Part shown: positions 1 through 10,920 of the stretch, one piece after another
How positions within the stretch are numbered: position 1 is the first letter of the stretch
Layout of the letters: every line of letters starts with the position of its first letter
From: Candidatus Latescibacterota bacterium
GTDB taxonomy: Bacteria > Latescibacterota > UBA2968 > GCA-2709665
DNA: 64,000 nt
Reading direction: 5' to 3'
Assembly: GCA_965219455.1 (NCBI GenBank)
Contig: OZ244744.1
Location: 3,840,001-3,904,000 of the forward strand
The notes under the pieces: generated by a model
Database searches by the model: none
Seen by the model: only the letters and a program-made list of their open reading frames with translations
What the model was told of the DNA's origin: nothing
Program-made: the position numbers and the translations under genes

Positions 1-2837
1 GTGGTTTCCGATGGCGGATCGCTGGGCAGCGTGAGAAGACGACTCGCGTTTCCCGGCCCGCCTCCTGCCTGGCTCCAGACCAGATGATTGCCCGTAAAGT
101 GGGCGTCGAAGGTTTCCAGGTGCCAGAGATGCGCCCCACCGTCCACCGTGAACACGACCAGTTCGAGGGTGCCGTCGCCGTCCAGGTCGTCAACCAGGGG
201 GGAGGTATGAACCGGGCCTGAGAGGGGCAGGGGAAAGGACGCAAGGCTCGAGCCGTCGGCGCCAAGACCGTACACCAGACCGCCCTGTGTGGCCGCGAAG
301 ATGTCCAGGTCGCCGTCCAGGTTGACGTCGGCAAGGGCGGGTGGCGCTGATATCAGACCGGTTTCGTCCTTGAGAGGAAACGCGAGCGGCGTATCGGTCT
401 GGTGCACCCCGTTGAAGCGTACCACCCACAGGCGTCCCTCGCCGCCGAAGACCACCTCGATGTACCCGTCTTCGTCCAGGTCGCCCAGGACCGGCGCCGA
501 TCCCGCGCCCCCGGGTACGGGATCGCTTTGCGCCGTCATTCTCCCACTGGAAAAAATCGATACCACACCGTGCGCGTCCAGCGTCACGATCTCATCCCGG
601 CCGTCCCGATCCAGGTCGCCCATTACGGGGCCTCCAAGAACGGGTTCGGCAAGGGTCGCCAGTTGAAATACCCGTCCATCCGCTTCAGCAACGAAGAGCT
701 CGCCCGGGCCGGACAGGGCGACAAGCTCGTTGGCCGGATCGTCGTCCACGTTCCCCGCCGCCAGGCTGGTGACGGGTCCGCTGCCCATTTGCGTGATACC
801 CGTATTCTTTCCTTCCAGGTTTCCCCAGGTGACGGCGCCGTTCGTCCAGCCCCAGATATCCACGGTCCGATCCGGAAATCTCGCGACAAGGGGCGGACAG
901 GAGATGTCGGGCTCCGGACCGGGTGTCGTGACTGCCGACGGAGCGGCGGTGTTTTTTCGGCTCCAGAGGACCGGCGTGGGTCCCAGCGAGTAGACGAAGT
1001 CGTCTTCGCCGTCCCCGTCGATATCCCCCACGGCGGGGGTAAAGGAGCTGAAGAACGGAAACGTGGCGTCCGGCGCGAGTGCGGCAGGATTTCCGGATAG
1101 GGACAGCGGCAGGGCGTTCGGGCCCGCGGGCCCCGTCCCGGCCGGTCCGGAACCGATGTCGCCGCCGCTGCGGAGGATTTCCTTAACGCCGTCGCCGTCC
1201 AGGTCGATCGCCCGGGGGGCCTGCAGACCCACGTGCGCCAGCCCGGTTGCCGGCCATGCGTCCTGCTGGTAGTCAAACGTGATTGCCACGTCCATGGTAT
1301 CGGCGGGAGAACCGACGACCTGAATCGTGATACCGGTGGGATGGTTCAGGTTGCTGTTGGTACCGGGCACCGTATCCGGCCCTAAGACGGTGGCGTTGCC
1401 TGCGTAGAACGGATCCCGAGCGCCGCCTTCAATGGCATCCAGGCTGATGATGCCGGCCTGCACGATACGGTCCGCGGCGTTGTTGCCGATATCTTCCAGG
1501 CCGTCCGCTTCCTCCAGCGAGATGCCGCGCCGATATTGCCCCGGGGCGATGAGATACTGCGGATTGCTGTTGACGGCAATGCCCTCACCGCTGGCCCGGA
1601 TGACGGCGTCGTCGACGTGCCAGATCAGAATGCCGGAACCCGGAATGAAGGCGTCGTAGTCGTCCACCGAGAGCCAAACGCGTTCTCCGGGCGAGAATTC
1701 GATTTTCGGCGTCCGCCCGTATACTTCGAGCCGGGAGATGCGGTTTTCCAGGAGAAAGTACTCGGTGGCGCTGACAGGGACTTTCACGGCACGGTGCAGG
1801 TCGGAGCCGACAACGTGCGGCGCAACCAGCCGCAGGGTGTCGTTCCGCGTGACAACCGTCGGCTCCAGCCATCCGAGCCGGATGCGCGACCACGCGAGCA
1901 GGCGGCTCGGGACGAAACCGATGAGCAGGCTGTCCCGTGGTTCGCCGGTCAGCGGCTGAAGGTTCAGGCGGGCGGCGGAGGCCACGGCGCCGGGACCGCC
2001 GGTATCCAGCGGGCTCCAGTCTCCCACCGCGGGGAGTTCATCTTCAAAATTGGACAGCCCGGGCAGGCCGAGCTGATGAGCGAAAAAACGAACCAGAGTG
2101 CCGTTCAGACCGCCCCTCCCGTCCGTACTGACGGCTTCGGGAAGCAACATGCCGTTTTGAACGACTGCCCCACCGTCGTCCACCCCGATTGGCCCGTTCG
2201 CGAACCGGTCAAGATCGTTACGGGAAACAAAGGCGGACGGAATATCGTTGACGGCCTGCCCGCCGGCTTCCGCGCCAAGCCCGGCGTGAAAGACCACGAA
2301 GGCCTGGAAACCGGAAAAATCCAGGTTTTCACCTTCGGCGGTGTCGGCGGCCGCGATGCCATCGTGAAAAAGCTGCGTGATGCGCTGGGCGATCTCGTCG
2401 CGGGTGCGTCCGTTGCCGTATTCCTTCAGGGGCCTGTCTATGACGTAGCTGCCGTCCGTATCCTCCGGAAACACGGTGTATTCGATATCAAGTTGCCCGT
2501 CGGAAACTTCCAGATAATAGTTGCGCAGGGCCTGAAGGTGCGCTGTAAAATAGGATCTGTCGTGCGGGGGGGCGTCGAAGGGGAAGATATAGCCATCGCG
2601 GGCCTCGTCGAAAGTCCGGAGATCGAAGGCGCCGTTTCCGCTGGTGGTCCCGTCGTCGGGATCTTCCTCTGAAAAGGAGACCCGTACAGCCAGGATGCGC
2701 CAGGTTTCCTCGGCGCCCTGAACGACTAGCGGAGGAATAACAAGATAAAAAAAGCAAACGGCGAGAAAAAACGTGGATGTCGTTTGCTTCGTCGCTATTT
2801 GTAGACTGCGAATGGGTTCAACCCGCCGCAACCACAC
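1..2837 (-). CDS. Secreted M6 (immune inhibitor A)-like metalloprotease-fold protein with C-terminal FG-GAP/VCBS repeats; runs off the left edge
   Basis: Parts translated by hand (not in ORF track because it runs off the window edge): signal-like FFLAVCFFYLV, WRILAVRVSF..GNGAFDLR, PFDAPPHDRSYF, GTLVRFFAHQLGLPGL, then DLDGDG-type repeats. Start codon uncertain. Confidence 0.75.
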   Translation of the reverse strand, partial: MWLRRVEPIRSLQIATKQTTSTFFLAVCFFYLVIPPLVVQGAEETWRILAVRVSFSEEDPDDGTTSGNGAFDLRTFDEARDGYIFPFDAPPHDRSYFTAHLQALRNYYLEVSDGQLDIEYTVFPEDTDGSYVIDRPLKEYGNGRTRDEIAQRITQLFHDGIAAADTAEGENLDFSGFQAFVVFHAGLGAEAGGQAVNDIPSAFVSRNDLDRFANGPIGVDDGGAVVQNGMLLPEAVSTDGRGGLNGTLVRFFAHQLGLPGLSNFEDELPAVGDWSPLDTGGPGAVASAARLNLQPLTGEPRDSLLIGFVPSRLLAWSRIRLGWLEPTVVTRNDTLRLVAPHVVGSDLHRAVKVPVSATEYFLLENRISRLEVYGRTPKIEFSPGERVWLSVDDYDAFIPGSGILIWHVDDAVIRASGEGIAVNSNPQYLIAPGQYRRGISLEEADGLEDIGNNAADRIVQAGIISLDAIEGGARDPFYAGNATVLGPDTVPGTNSNLNHPTGITIQVVGSPADTMDVAITFDYQQDAWPATGLAHVGLQAPRAIDLDGDGVKEILRSGGDIGSGPAGTGPAGPNALPLSLSGNPAALAPDATFPFFSSFTPAVGDIDGDGEDDFVYSLGPTPVLWSRKNTAAPSAVTTPGPEPDISCPPLVARFPDRTVDIWGWTNGAVTWGNLEGKNTGITQMGSGPVTSLAAGNVDDDPANELVALSGPGELFVAEADGRVFQLATLAEPVLGGPVMGDLDRDGRDEIVTLDAHGVVSIFSSGRMTAQSDPVPGGAGSAPVLGDLDEDGYIEVVFGGEGRLWVVRFNGVHQTDTPLAFPLKDETGLISAPPALADVNLDGDLDIFAATQGGLVYGLGADGSSLASFPLPLSGPVHTSPLVDDLDGDGTLELVVFTVDGGAHLWHLETFDAHFTGNHLVWSQAGGGPGNASRLLTLPSDPPSET

Positions 2838-2902
2838 GATGGTTTTCGACCCTTAGAAAAGTCAAACGAAAAACGGCAGAAGGAAATGCCATTCCTATCG
2901 AT

Positions 2903-3949
2903 CTAGAAAGAGAACCCGCCCGTGAAGCGAAAGACGTTTGTGAGGGCGGAGTCTCTTTCGGCGAAGTAGGAGAGATCGAACGACGCCCAGTTGTATTTAA
3001 GGCCCAGACCGAAGGTGGGGCTTTTCCGGCCGCCATCCTGATCGTAGAAATATCCCGTCCGCAGGGCGAAGGCGGATTCTTCGGAAAGGTTGTATTTCCA
3101 TTCGATGCCGGTATGGTAGTCGATATCCTTGACTTCCTCGCTCCCGTTTCGGTCGTTCCAGCCCGTGGCAAAGGAGAAAAAGCCTCTGTCGGCCAGGGGT
3201 TTATAGATGTCCGCCGCGAAGAGCAGCGTTGAGTTCCCGCGCTGGAACGCCGTATGGGCGATGCCGATGGTGAAATTTTGCGGCAACGGATCGGCCTGAT
3301 CCGCGTCGATGAACGTAATGTTCGGCCCCACGTTTCGCAACACCCAGGCCAGGGTGAACCGATCGGAGGCTTTCCACATAAATCCCAGGTCGCCGGCGAA
3401 GGACGTGCCGGCGCCCTTGCCCTTTTCGATGCCGGCGCCCTGACTGGCCAGTTTCTCGTGAATGAACTTCATCGTAGTGCCCACAGAGACGTTTTTCACG
3501 ATAAAGGTGCCATAAGAAACCGCCACGGCCAGGCCAAAGCTTGTGAATTCGCCCAGGTCCTGCCCCTGAGAGTCGGTGCGGTGCTGGGTTCCGAGGGAGG
3601 TGTAGATCAGGCTGAAGCCCAGGTTGCCCACGCCCTCGACCGGCTGCGTGTAGGCGCCGAACGAGGTGAAAATGTCGTTGGCCAGAGAGGGAACGGGCTT
3701 GTACATCGTGGTGCTCATGTGCCTGTTCGTGTCGTCGGCCAGGGCGGCTGGATTGTAATAAGTGGCGTTGGCGCCGTCGGCAATCGCAATATAGGCTTCA
3801 CCCATTCCGGCGGAACGCGCGCTGGGCTGAAACAGAAGAAAGGGCGCGGCGGCCTGGCTCTCCGGCGTCGCCCACGACGGGCCGGGACATGCGAACGCAA
3901 CGGAGAGGAAGATGCCGGTCAGGCACACGCACAACGGGTTGCTTTTCAT
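2903..3949 (-). CDS. PorV/PorQ family outer-membrane beta-barrel protein
   Basis: PFLLFQPSARSAGMGEAY..YYNPAAL motif, signal peptide, C-terminal F. Confidence 0.85.
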   Translation of the reverse strand: MKSNPLCVCLTGIFLSVAFACPGPSWATPESQAAAPFLLFQPSARSAGMGEAYIAIADGANATYYNPAALADDTNRHMSTTMYKPVPSLANDIFTSFGAYTQPVEGVGNLGFSLIYTSLGTQHRTDSQGQDLGEFTSFGLAVAVSYGTFIVKNVSVGTTMKFIHEKLASQGAGIEKGKGAGTSFAGDLGFMWKASDRFTLAWVLRNVGPNITFIDADQADPLPQNFTIGIAHTAFQRGNSTLLFAADIYKPLADRGFFSFATGWNDRNGSEEVKDIDYHTGIEWKYNLSEESAFALRTGYFYDQDGGRKSPTFGLGLKYNWASFDLSYFAERDSALTNVFRFTGGFSF

Positions 3950-4367
3950 GGGGTTCGGCTCCTTGAGGTTTAATTGTGCGATTGGACCCGACGGAAATTC
4001 TCCAGGCGACAGGGCACAAAAAACCGGGTGCGGAGAGGGGTTGAACGGTGTGCGCCCCTTTTCTTATCCGGCGACCCGGGTGATCTCTGTAACGGCACGG
4101 GCACTCCACTCGCCATAGGTTTTGACAACACGTCCACAACGCGGCGTACGCCCGGAAAGCGGGCTTTGCCAACCCTGATTGATGGTTTCTATTGTGGAAC
4201 GAAATTGCGGAACAACGGGCAAAACACGTCAGCGAATGTTCAGAATAGGCGCTCCTGCCGGAAAAAAGCTTGTTCGACAACCGCTTGTTTTATATTTTCT
4301 CTCAACCTTAGAGTTGGATAGGACGAAATTCGTAATTCACGCTTCCGTATCTGAAAGGGGCCAGGGG

Positions 4368-4625
4368 GTGATCGACAAGGAACTGCTCGATATTCTGGCC
4401 TGCCCGGAAAACAAGACATCCGTCAGTCTGGCAGGGAGGGAATTGATTGAAAGAATTAACGAACTTATCGAGAAGGGCGAGGTTTGCAACCGGGGGGGAA
4501 CCCCCGTCGAGAACCCCGTTGACGGAGGTCTCGTTCGCGAGGACGGCGCTTACCTGTATCCGATTGAAGACAATATCCCCATTATGCTTGTCGAAGAGGC
4601 GATACCGCTTGCGAAGATCCGGTGA
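4368..4625 (+). CDS. Trm112/UPF0434 family protein
   Basis: MIDKELLDILACP...YPIEDNIPIML; GTG start at 4368. Confidence 0.85.
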   Translation: MIDKELLDILACPENKTSVSLAGRELIERINELIEKGEVCNRGGTPVENPVDGGLVREDGAYLYPIEDNIPIMLVEEAIPLAKIR

Positions 4626-4972
4626 GGATTCGAAGGCGTCCTCCATTGGAGCGGGATTCTAAAGCCGTTGCAGAACCATAAGTCTGGGTCGCCGGGGGCC
4701 ATTCCGATCGGCATCCGCGGATCGGAGACCTGAGTTCTCGCCAAGCGGAAAAATTACGTTAATCGCCGTTAAAATGTCAAGTCTTTTCGTGGATTTCAAG
4801 ATATAGACGCACCTGGCGCATCGTGGTTCCCGACTTTTCCGTTCGGCCGTCACATTTTTCCCGGCCGGTGTTGCGGTACCGGGAAGATAGACGGCCTTTC
4901 CAATTGGCTCACAATTGTCGACACACGGATCGCCGACCGTCGTGCGGGACGGGAGGTCTCCGCTGAGCGGAC

Positions 4973-6577
4973 ATGGAATGCACAATCAGAAAAGTCGCGT
5001 TCCGGCGGCTGTATCTGGCGTACCTGTGCGCGACTCTGAGTTCCGGGTTCACCGCATGCGAACGGGTTCCGGAAACATCTGCGATTGCCGACCTGTCCGC
5101 GCCGCCGCCCGGACGGGTGAACTGGCGGACGTGGTCAGCGCGGGATTCCGCGCGCGTTCTCAATCGGCCGCTGTTTCTGTATCTTTATTCCAACCGGTCC
5201 TACTGGTGCCGGGAAATGGTCAGACGCTGTTTCGAAGACCCTGAGTTGGCGCGGGCGATCGGACAGGGCACGTGGCCGGTCCGGGTGGACGTGGACGGGC
5301 GCCCCGACCTGGCGGAGCGATACGGCCTGGGCGGTTGGCCTTCAACGGCGATCCTTACCCCGGACGGCGACTGGATGACCGGGTCCACTTATCTGGATCC
5401 GGAAGATTTGCGGGAACTGTTGCGCCGGGTGTGGGTCTATTTCAACAACCCGAAGCGATGGGCGGATTTTGAACGTGCGCGGCGGAACCTGGCGCGGTGG
5501 GCGGCAAGAGAAGCGCCGCGTCTCCCGCGTGCGTCGTCGTCAAGCCTGTTCCACCAGTTTACGGACAGCACCGGGGCTGCGCTGGAACGAGGAGAGGTTC
5601 CTGGCGCGGAGGCCCTTCTTGCGCTACTCGATGCCCATTGCCCCGCGGCCCGGACCCTGGCGCTGGAGCGGTTGAAAACGATCGTCTCGAGCCCGCTGCG
5701 CGATTCCGACGGGACTTTCTTCCAGCGCCGGCTCACGCCGGACGGAGTCGTGCTCGACCGGGAGAAGACGCTGGCTGCGAATGCGGGCTGGCTGACGGTT
5801 CTGGCGGGGGTAGACACCCCGGCGGCGGTTGATCTCGGGGAGGCGCTGCTGGCCGGCCTTTACGAGTCTCGAAAGGGCATGTTTGCAGCCGGCATCGCGG
5901 GATTTTCCGAGGAGTCCGGAAACGCGGTCCTGCTGGACGCGGGTCAAAGGACCTTCAGAGACCCGGCTGTTTACGCCTCGTGGAACGCCATGGCCGTTAC
6001 CGGCTTTGTCGCGCTCTATCAGGCTTCCGGAAGCGCAGTCTACCTGGATCTGGCGCGTGGCGTCATGGCGACCCTCCGCACGCGACTTACCCATCCGGAC
6101 GGTGGCATGCGGCACGCATGGGACCCGCCGGGAAAGCCGCATTTTCTGCTTGCCGACCAGGCCCTGGTCGCACGCGCCGCGCTGGACCTCTACCGCGCGG
6201 GTGGCGACGAAGGTTTTCTGCGGTTTGCCTCGGAACTCACCGACGTGATGCTGGAGCGATTTCGAGACGGATCGGGCGCGCTGCGCGACCGATGGCCAGA
6301 GCCGGGCGCGGCCGTTACCCACGCGGTGGACCGCTTGGTTCCATCGGGTAACGGGGTGGCCGTTCAGGTGCTTTCGAGGTTGTACGCGCTGACAGGGCAT
6401 TCGCCCTATCGGGAAGGGGCCGGACGGATACTTTCGGCACTGGCGAGCACCCATCTCGAGCGCGCTGCCAACGCGGGCGCGCTATATAGAGGAATGGCTA
6501 TGTACCTGCGCCTGGGGACGGGGCAGGCGGCGCCGTCCGAACCGCAACAACGCGAAAAGGAACCTGGGCGTCCGTAA
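4973..6577 (+). CDS. DUF255 thioredoxin-domain protein (SSP411/YyaL-like)
   Basis: VNWRTW, SYWCREM, RPDLAERYGLGGWPST, PSGNGVA motifs. Confidence 0.8.
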   Translation: MECTIRKVAFRRLYLAYLCATLSSGFTACERVPETSAIADLSAPPPGRVNWRTWSARDSARVLNRPLFLYLYSNRSYWCREMVRRCFEDPELARAIGQGTWPVRVDVDGRPDLAERYGLGGWPSTAILTPDGDWMTGSTYLDPEDLRELLRRVWVYFNNPKRWADFERARRNLARWAAREAPRLPRASSSSLFHQFTDSTGAALERGEVPGAEALLALLDAHCPAARTLALERLKTIVSSPLRDSDGTFFQRRLTPDGVVLDREKTLAANAGWLTVLAGVDTPAAVDLGEALLAGLYESRKGMFAAGIAGFSEESGNAVLLDAGQRTFRDPAVYASWNAMAVTGFVALYQASGSAVYLDLARGVMATLRTRLTHPDGGMRHAWDPPGKPHFLLADQALVARAALDLYRAGGDEGFLRFASELTDVMLERFRDGSGALRDRWPEPGAAVTHAVDRLVPSGNGVAVQVLSRLYALTGHSPYREGAGRILSALASTHLERAANAGALYRGMAMYLRLGTGQAAPSEPQQREKEPGRP

Positions 6578-6586
6578 CGTATCCTG

Positions 6587-7507
6587 GTGGTGCCAATGGG
6601 TGATGGGTCATTAAAAACCGTATTGATCGTGGGGGCTTCAGGATTTCTGGGGCGGGCGCTTTGTGACGTGCCGTTTGAGGGTCTGCGCCGGCTTCCCGCG
6701 GTGCGCGCGCCGGGTCCGCCGTTTTTGGGATCGGACTGTCTGCGGATGGACGTCACGGATGCGGAGGCGGTTGACGATGCGGTTGCACGGGTGCGGCCGG
6801 ACTGGGTAATCAATGCGGCCGCGGAGGCCGGTGTGGACCGGTGTGAGCGTGATCCGGACCTGGCGCACCGCGTCAACGTGTACGGAACCCGGAACCTGGT
6901 CCGGGCGTGTGAAAACGCAGGCAGTGGATTGGTGACCGTTTCGACGAACTATGTATTCGACGGTCTGGCTGGTCCTTACGCTGAGACCGATCCCACCAAT
7001 CCAATTAACGTTTACGGCCGGACCAAGTTGGAAGCAGAGGCGGGCGTACTGACGTCACCGTGTCAGGGAATCGTGGTCCGGACGGCGGTACTATACGGGT
7101 ATCGTGCGGGTTGCCGGCCCAATTTCGTGACCTGGGCTCTGGAATCCATGCTTCGGGGCGAGACCATCCGGGTCGTTACCGACGAATGGGCAAATCCGAC
7201 CTTTGTGGATGAACTTGCCTTGTTTCTCCTTGGGCTGTGCGGCCGGGAATTCCGGGGGCTGGTCCACTTTGCGGGGCCTGAATTTCTGAGCAGGTATGAA
7301 ATGGCTGAGCGAATTTGCCGCTGTTTCGATCTCGACGCCGATCTGGTTGTGCCGGTAACTTCCGAAAAATTGGGGCAAATCGCTCCCAGACCCCCCGGGG
7401 CGGGCCTTAAGCTGGACCGCGCACGCAGGCTGTTCAATCCGGTACTACGGTCTTTTTCCGATAATCTGGAGCGGATTGGCAGGGATATGGGTGTCGCCGG
7501 CCGGTAA
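6587..7507 (+). CDS. rfbD: dTDP-4-dehydrorhamnose reductase-like SDR oxidoreductase
   Basis: GASGFLG, STNYVFDG, YGRTK motifs. Confidence 0.8.
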   Translation: MVPMGDGSLKTVLIVGASGFLGRALCDVPFEGLRRLPAVRAPGPPFLGSDCLRMDVTDAEAVDDAVARVRPDWVINAAAEAGVDRCERDPDLAHRVNVYGTRNLVRACENAGSGLVTVSTNYVFDGLAGPYAETDPTNPINVYGRTKLEAEAGVLTSPCQGIVVRTAVLYGYRAGCRPNFVTWALESMLRGETIRVVTDEWANPTFVDELALFLLGLCGREFRGLVHFAGPEFLSRYEMAERICRCFDLDADLVVPVTSEKLGQIAPRPPGAGLKLDRARRLFNPVLRSFSDNLERIGRDMGVAGR

Positions 7508-7605
7508 TCTGCACCTATCGCACAGGGCTCGTTTGTCTCCGATACCCGCCTGCGGCGCCATCGACGTTGTCAAACCGCTCGGTCCCATTTACTCAGGTGA
7601 TTGGC

Positions 7606-8331
7606 ATGGGTGAAACCCCGTTACGCGTATCGCTGGTTACGCCGACCTACAACGAACGCCCGAACATCTCACTTCTGGCGGACGAGGTTTTTTCGGTGGT
7701 CGGACAGTTCCCTGAAATCGACCTGGAATTGATTGTGGTAGACGATGATTCACCGGATGGCACCGGGGAGGCGGCGGAGGCACTTAGAGACCGATATCCC
7801 GTTCAGGTGGTACACCGGCCCGGCAAGCTTGGTCTGGGCAGCGCGGTGATGGAGGGGTTTCAAAAATCGAACCGAGACTATCTGGGCGTGATCGACGCGG
7901 ATCTGAGCCACGATCCGACGGTACTGCCCCTGCTGATTCTCGGGTTGCGGGAATACGATCTTGCGCTGGGCAGCCGCTATAATCCCGAGAGCCGCGTGGA
8001 AAGGTGGCCGTGGTATCGAAAGTTGATCTCCCAGGCCGGCGTGCTCGCTGCGAGGCAGTTGACCGGAGTACAGGACCCGCTCAGCGGATATTTTTTTCTT
8101 CATCGCAGGGTGCTGCATGGTGTGACGCTGACGTCTCCGGGTTACAAGATTTTGCTGGAGATTCTGGTCAAGGGAACCTATTCCACATTTCTCGAGGTGC
8201 CGTACGTGTTCCGCAACCGGCAGCACAGCACCAGCAAACTGAATTTCAGGGAGTATTACCTGTTTTCCAAACAGCTTCTGGTCTTTTCGATGCGTAAGTC
8301 GAAAAACAAGGCCACCGGCTCCCTGGGCTGA
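7606..8331 (+). CDS. Polyprenol monophosphomannose synthase (GT2, Dpm1-like)
   Basis: PTYNER, VDDDSPDGT, DADLSHDP motifs. Confidence 0.85.
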   Translation: MGETPLRVSLVTPTYNERPNISLLADEVFSVVGQFPEIDLELIVVDDDSPDGTGEAAEALRDRYPVQVVHRPGKLGLGSAVMEGFQKSNRDYLGVIDADLSHDPTVLPLLILGLREYDLALGSRYNPESRVERWPWYRKLISQAGVLAARQLTGVQDPLSGYFFLHRRVLHGVTLTSPGYKILLEILVKGTYSTFLEVPYVFRNRQHSTSKLNFREYYLFSKQLLVFSMRKSKNKATGSLG

Positions 8332-8442
8332 TCGAGCCGCGGTGGATGCGGTTTATGCTTGACATCTCCGGCCGCGGTCGTTATGTTGAATCGCTTTTTT
8401 TGGCGATCTGAATCGATGTCGCGCGACTTCCGAAAGGGTTGC

Positions 8443-10092
8443 ATGTCGGTCATACGTCGGGTTGTTCCCATACTGATCCTGGTGTGGGTAGCGGGTCGTT
8501 CAGGCACGGCAGGCGCGGAGCCCGCGCCGCGCGTGAATACGGCGATGCAGGCGCATACGCTGGATCAGCTGGCAGACCTGGTACGGCGACAGTACTATCA
8601 GACCACCGATCCGGTCGAGTTGTATCACGGCGCCATCGAAGGCTATCTTTCGCGGCTGGACCCCCATTCAACGTATATTTCGCCGGAAGAACTCCAGGAC
8701 ACCCAGGAACGGATGCAGGGCTCGTTTGAGGGTATCGGAATTTATTTCGAAATCATCGCGGGCCAACTGACGGTCCTTTCTCCAATTGTCGGATCCCCGG
8801 CCTATAAGGCCGGCCTTCAAGCCGGCGACCGGATTGTAAAAATCGACGGGGTGCCGGTGGTTGGCGTGCGGAAGACCGATGACGTGAAAAAGCGGCTTAA
8901 GGGTCCGAAGGGCAGCACGGTGAACGTCCTGGTTCACCGGCCCGGGGTGACGGACCCCCTCAAGTTTGAGATTACCCGAGACAAAATCGAAGTGCCCAGC
9001 GTACCGTATGTATTCAAACTGAATACTGACGTTGGCTATGTGAAGGTCAACCGGTTCGCGAGTCGAACGTCCCGAGAGTTGCGGGTCGCGCTCGACGGCC
9101 TGATTGACCAGGGCGCCAAAAAGCTGATTCTTGATTTGCGCGGCAACAGCGGCGGGTACCTGGAGCAGGCTGTGGCCGTGGCGGATCAATTCCTCGAGAA
9201 AGACCGCCTCCTGGTGTATACCGAGGGTCGCAGAAGGGGTTCCCGTGAAGATCACTTCGCGGATCGCGACCCTGTTATGCCCCTCGATATGCCCCTGATG
9301 GTGCTCGTCGACAACTACAGCGCCAGCGCTTCAGAGATTGTGGCGGGTGCTGTTCAGGACTACGATCGCGGGCTCATCGTAGGTCGGACCACGTTTGGCA
9401 AGGGGCTGGTTCAAAAGCAGTATTCCCTTAAAAACGGCGGCGCGGTTCTGCTCACCGTGGCACGCTATTTCACGCCCAGCGAGCGGCCGATCCAGCGTCC
9501 GTATTCCAGTGACAGGCGGGCCTACCTGCAAGAGGCCCACGACGGCTACGATCCCAATGCTGATGCGGACAGCGTGCTCTCACAACCGGTCTATTTTACG
9601 CAGATATTGCACCGGAAGGTGTACGGCAGCGGCGGGATCACACCCGACGTGGAGTTGGCATCGGAGCGCCCAGGCGATTTTGAACGGCGGTTGACCCCAC
9701 GGCACTTTTTTGAATTCGCCAGCCGTCGCGGGTCGGAGTTCACCCGCGTATTTTCGGATTTTGGGGTCTACCTTCAACAATATACGCCCGGCAGTCGCGA
9801 GATATCGGAATTCAAGACTTTCCTCAAGGCGTGGGATACCGATCTGACGTTTACAGATGGAGATTTCGAATCGGGCATCGATCTGATTAAGCGGCAGATG
9901 AAGCGATATTTCGCGAAATTCCGTTGGGGAGACCGGGAGGCGGGCCGGGTCGCCGTGAGTCAGGATCCGGAAGTCGTTCAGACTCTGGCATTGTTCGACC
10001 GGGCGAGAAAGCTGTTGGCGGATCGGGCGTACTATTCGAGACGCCAGGGGCGCACCCACGTCCCCGTGATGCGCGACGCGGAAGTAAGGTAA
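8443..10092 (+). CDS. ctpA: S41 family carboxy-terminal processing peptidase
   Basis: LDPHS, PDZ domain, DLRGNSGG, SASASEIVAGA, TFGKGLVQ; start uncertain (8359-8443). Confidence 0.9.
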   Translation: MSVIRRVVPILILVWVAGRSGTAGAEPAPRVNTAMQAHTLDQLADLVRRQYYQTTDPVELYHGAIEGYLSRLDPHSTYISPEELQDTQERMQGSFEGIGIYFEIIAGQLTVLSPIVGSPAYKAGLQAGDRIVKIDGVPVVGVRKTDDVKKRLKGPKGSTVNVLVHRPGVTDPLKFEITRDKIEVPSVPYVFKLNTDVGYVKVNRFASRTSRELRVALDGLIDQGAKKLILDLRGNSGGYLEQAVAVADQFLEKDRLLVYTEGRRRGSREDHFADRDPVMPLDMPLMVLVDNYSASASEIVAGAVQDYDRGLIVGRTTFGKGLVQKQYSLKNGGAVLLTVARYFTPSERPIQRPYSSDRRAYLQEAHDGYDPNADADSVLSQPVYFTQILHRKVYGSGGITPDVELASERPGDFERRLTPRHFFEFASRRGSEFTRVFSDFGVYLQQYTPGSREISEFKTFLKAWDTDLTFTDGDFESGIDLIKRQMKRYFAKFRWGDREAGRVAVSQDPEVVQTLALFDRARKLLADRAYYSRRQGRTHVPVMRDAEVR

Positions 10093-10164
10093 AGCCGGGC
10101 GCCGCATCGGCGGCAACCGGGATCCGCGCCGCGATGGTTGTTCAGTTCGTTGTGGGAGGAGTTT

Positions 10165-10854
10165 ATGGCGCAAAGTTATTCTTCGTCTGCCCGCCGGGAA
10201 ATCGGCACGCAGGTCAAACTGCCAATCAGAAAGGCCGTCGAGATCAGTTTCAACAGCGTGAAGATCCGGTTCGGGCGGTCGTTGATTACGGTGAGCAGCA
10301 TTGTTCTGGCCATCGCCTTCCTCATGTCCATCTGGACAACCAGTTCCATTGTCAACAGCCTGCGGGCCGCCAACGATCCCAAAATGAACCTGATTCTCCA
10401 GCAAAAAGGGATCGACATCAGTCAGGAGAGCGAAGCCAACCGACAGGAGGAGGCCAAGAACACCTGGCTGGTTGTGCTTTCTCTGCTGGTGTGCCTGGTG
10501 GGGATCACAAACGCGATGCTGATGTCCGTCACCGAGCGCTTCCGCGAGATCGGCACCATGAAGTGCATGGGAGCGCTGGATGGGTTTATCGTCAAACTGT
10601 TTATTCTGGAGTCCTCGTTTATGGGTATGGCCGGCACGGTTATGGGCGCGGCCGTGGGCCTTCTGCTATCCATTCTGATGTCCTGGATCGGTTATGGCAA
10701 CACCGTCATCGATTACGTACCGTGGCCCAGCATTCTGCAGCGTGTGGTGTGGGCGATTGCGCTGGGTTCCTTCCTCTCACTGATGGGCGGTATCTTGCCC
10801 GCCTATAGAGCGGCGAAAATGGAGCCTGTAGACGCCATGCGGCTGGAAGTCTAG
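10165..10854 (+). CDS. FtsX-like ABC transporter permease
   Basis: GITNAMLMSVTERFREIGTMK, PAYRAAKMEPVDAMR. Confidence 0.85.
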   Translation: MAQSYSSSARREIGTQVKLPIRKAVEISFNSVKIRFGRSLITVSSIVLAIAFLMSIWTTSSIVNSLRAANDPKMNLILQQKGIDISQESEANRQEEAKNTWLVVLSLLVCLVGITNAMLMSVTERFREIGTMKCMGALDGFIVKLFILESSFMGMAGTVMGAAVGLLLSILMSWIGYGNTVIDYVPWPSILQRVVWAIALGSFLSLMGGILPAYRAAKMEPVDAMRLEV

Positions 10855-10920
10855 TCGTGAGGCCAACCATCCCGGGGCGATAACCACTTTGTAACGAATC
10901 AACTTGCCTGGAGGGCGACG

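Noticed and set aside
402-2672. Long + strand ORFs (402-1100, 1536-2672)
   Set aside because: Antisense shadows of the minus-strand M6/FG-GAP gene; no recognisable motifs.
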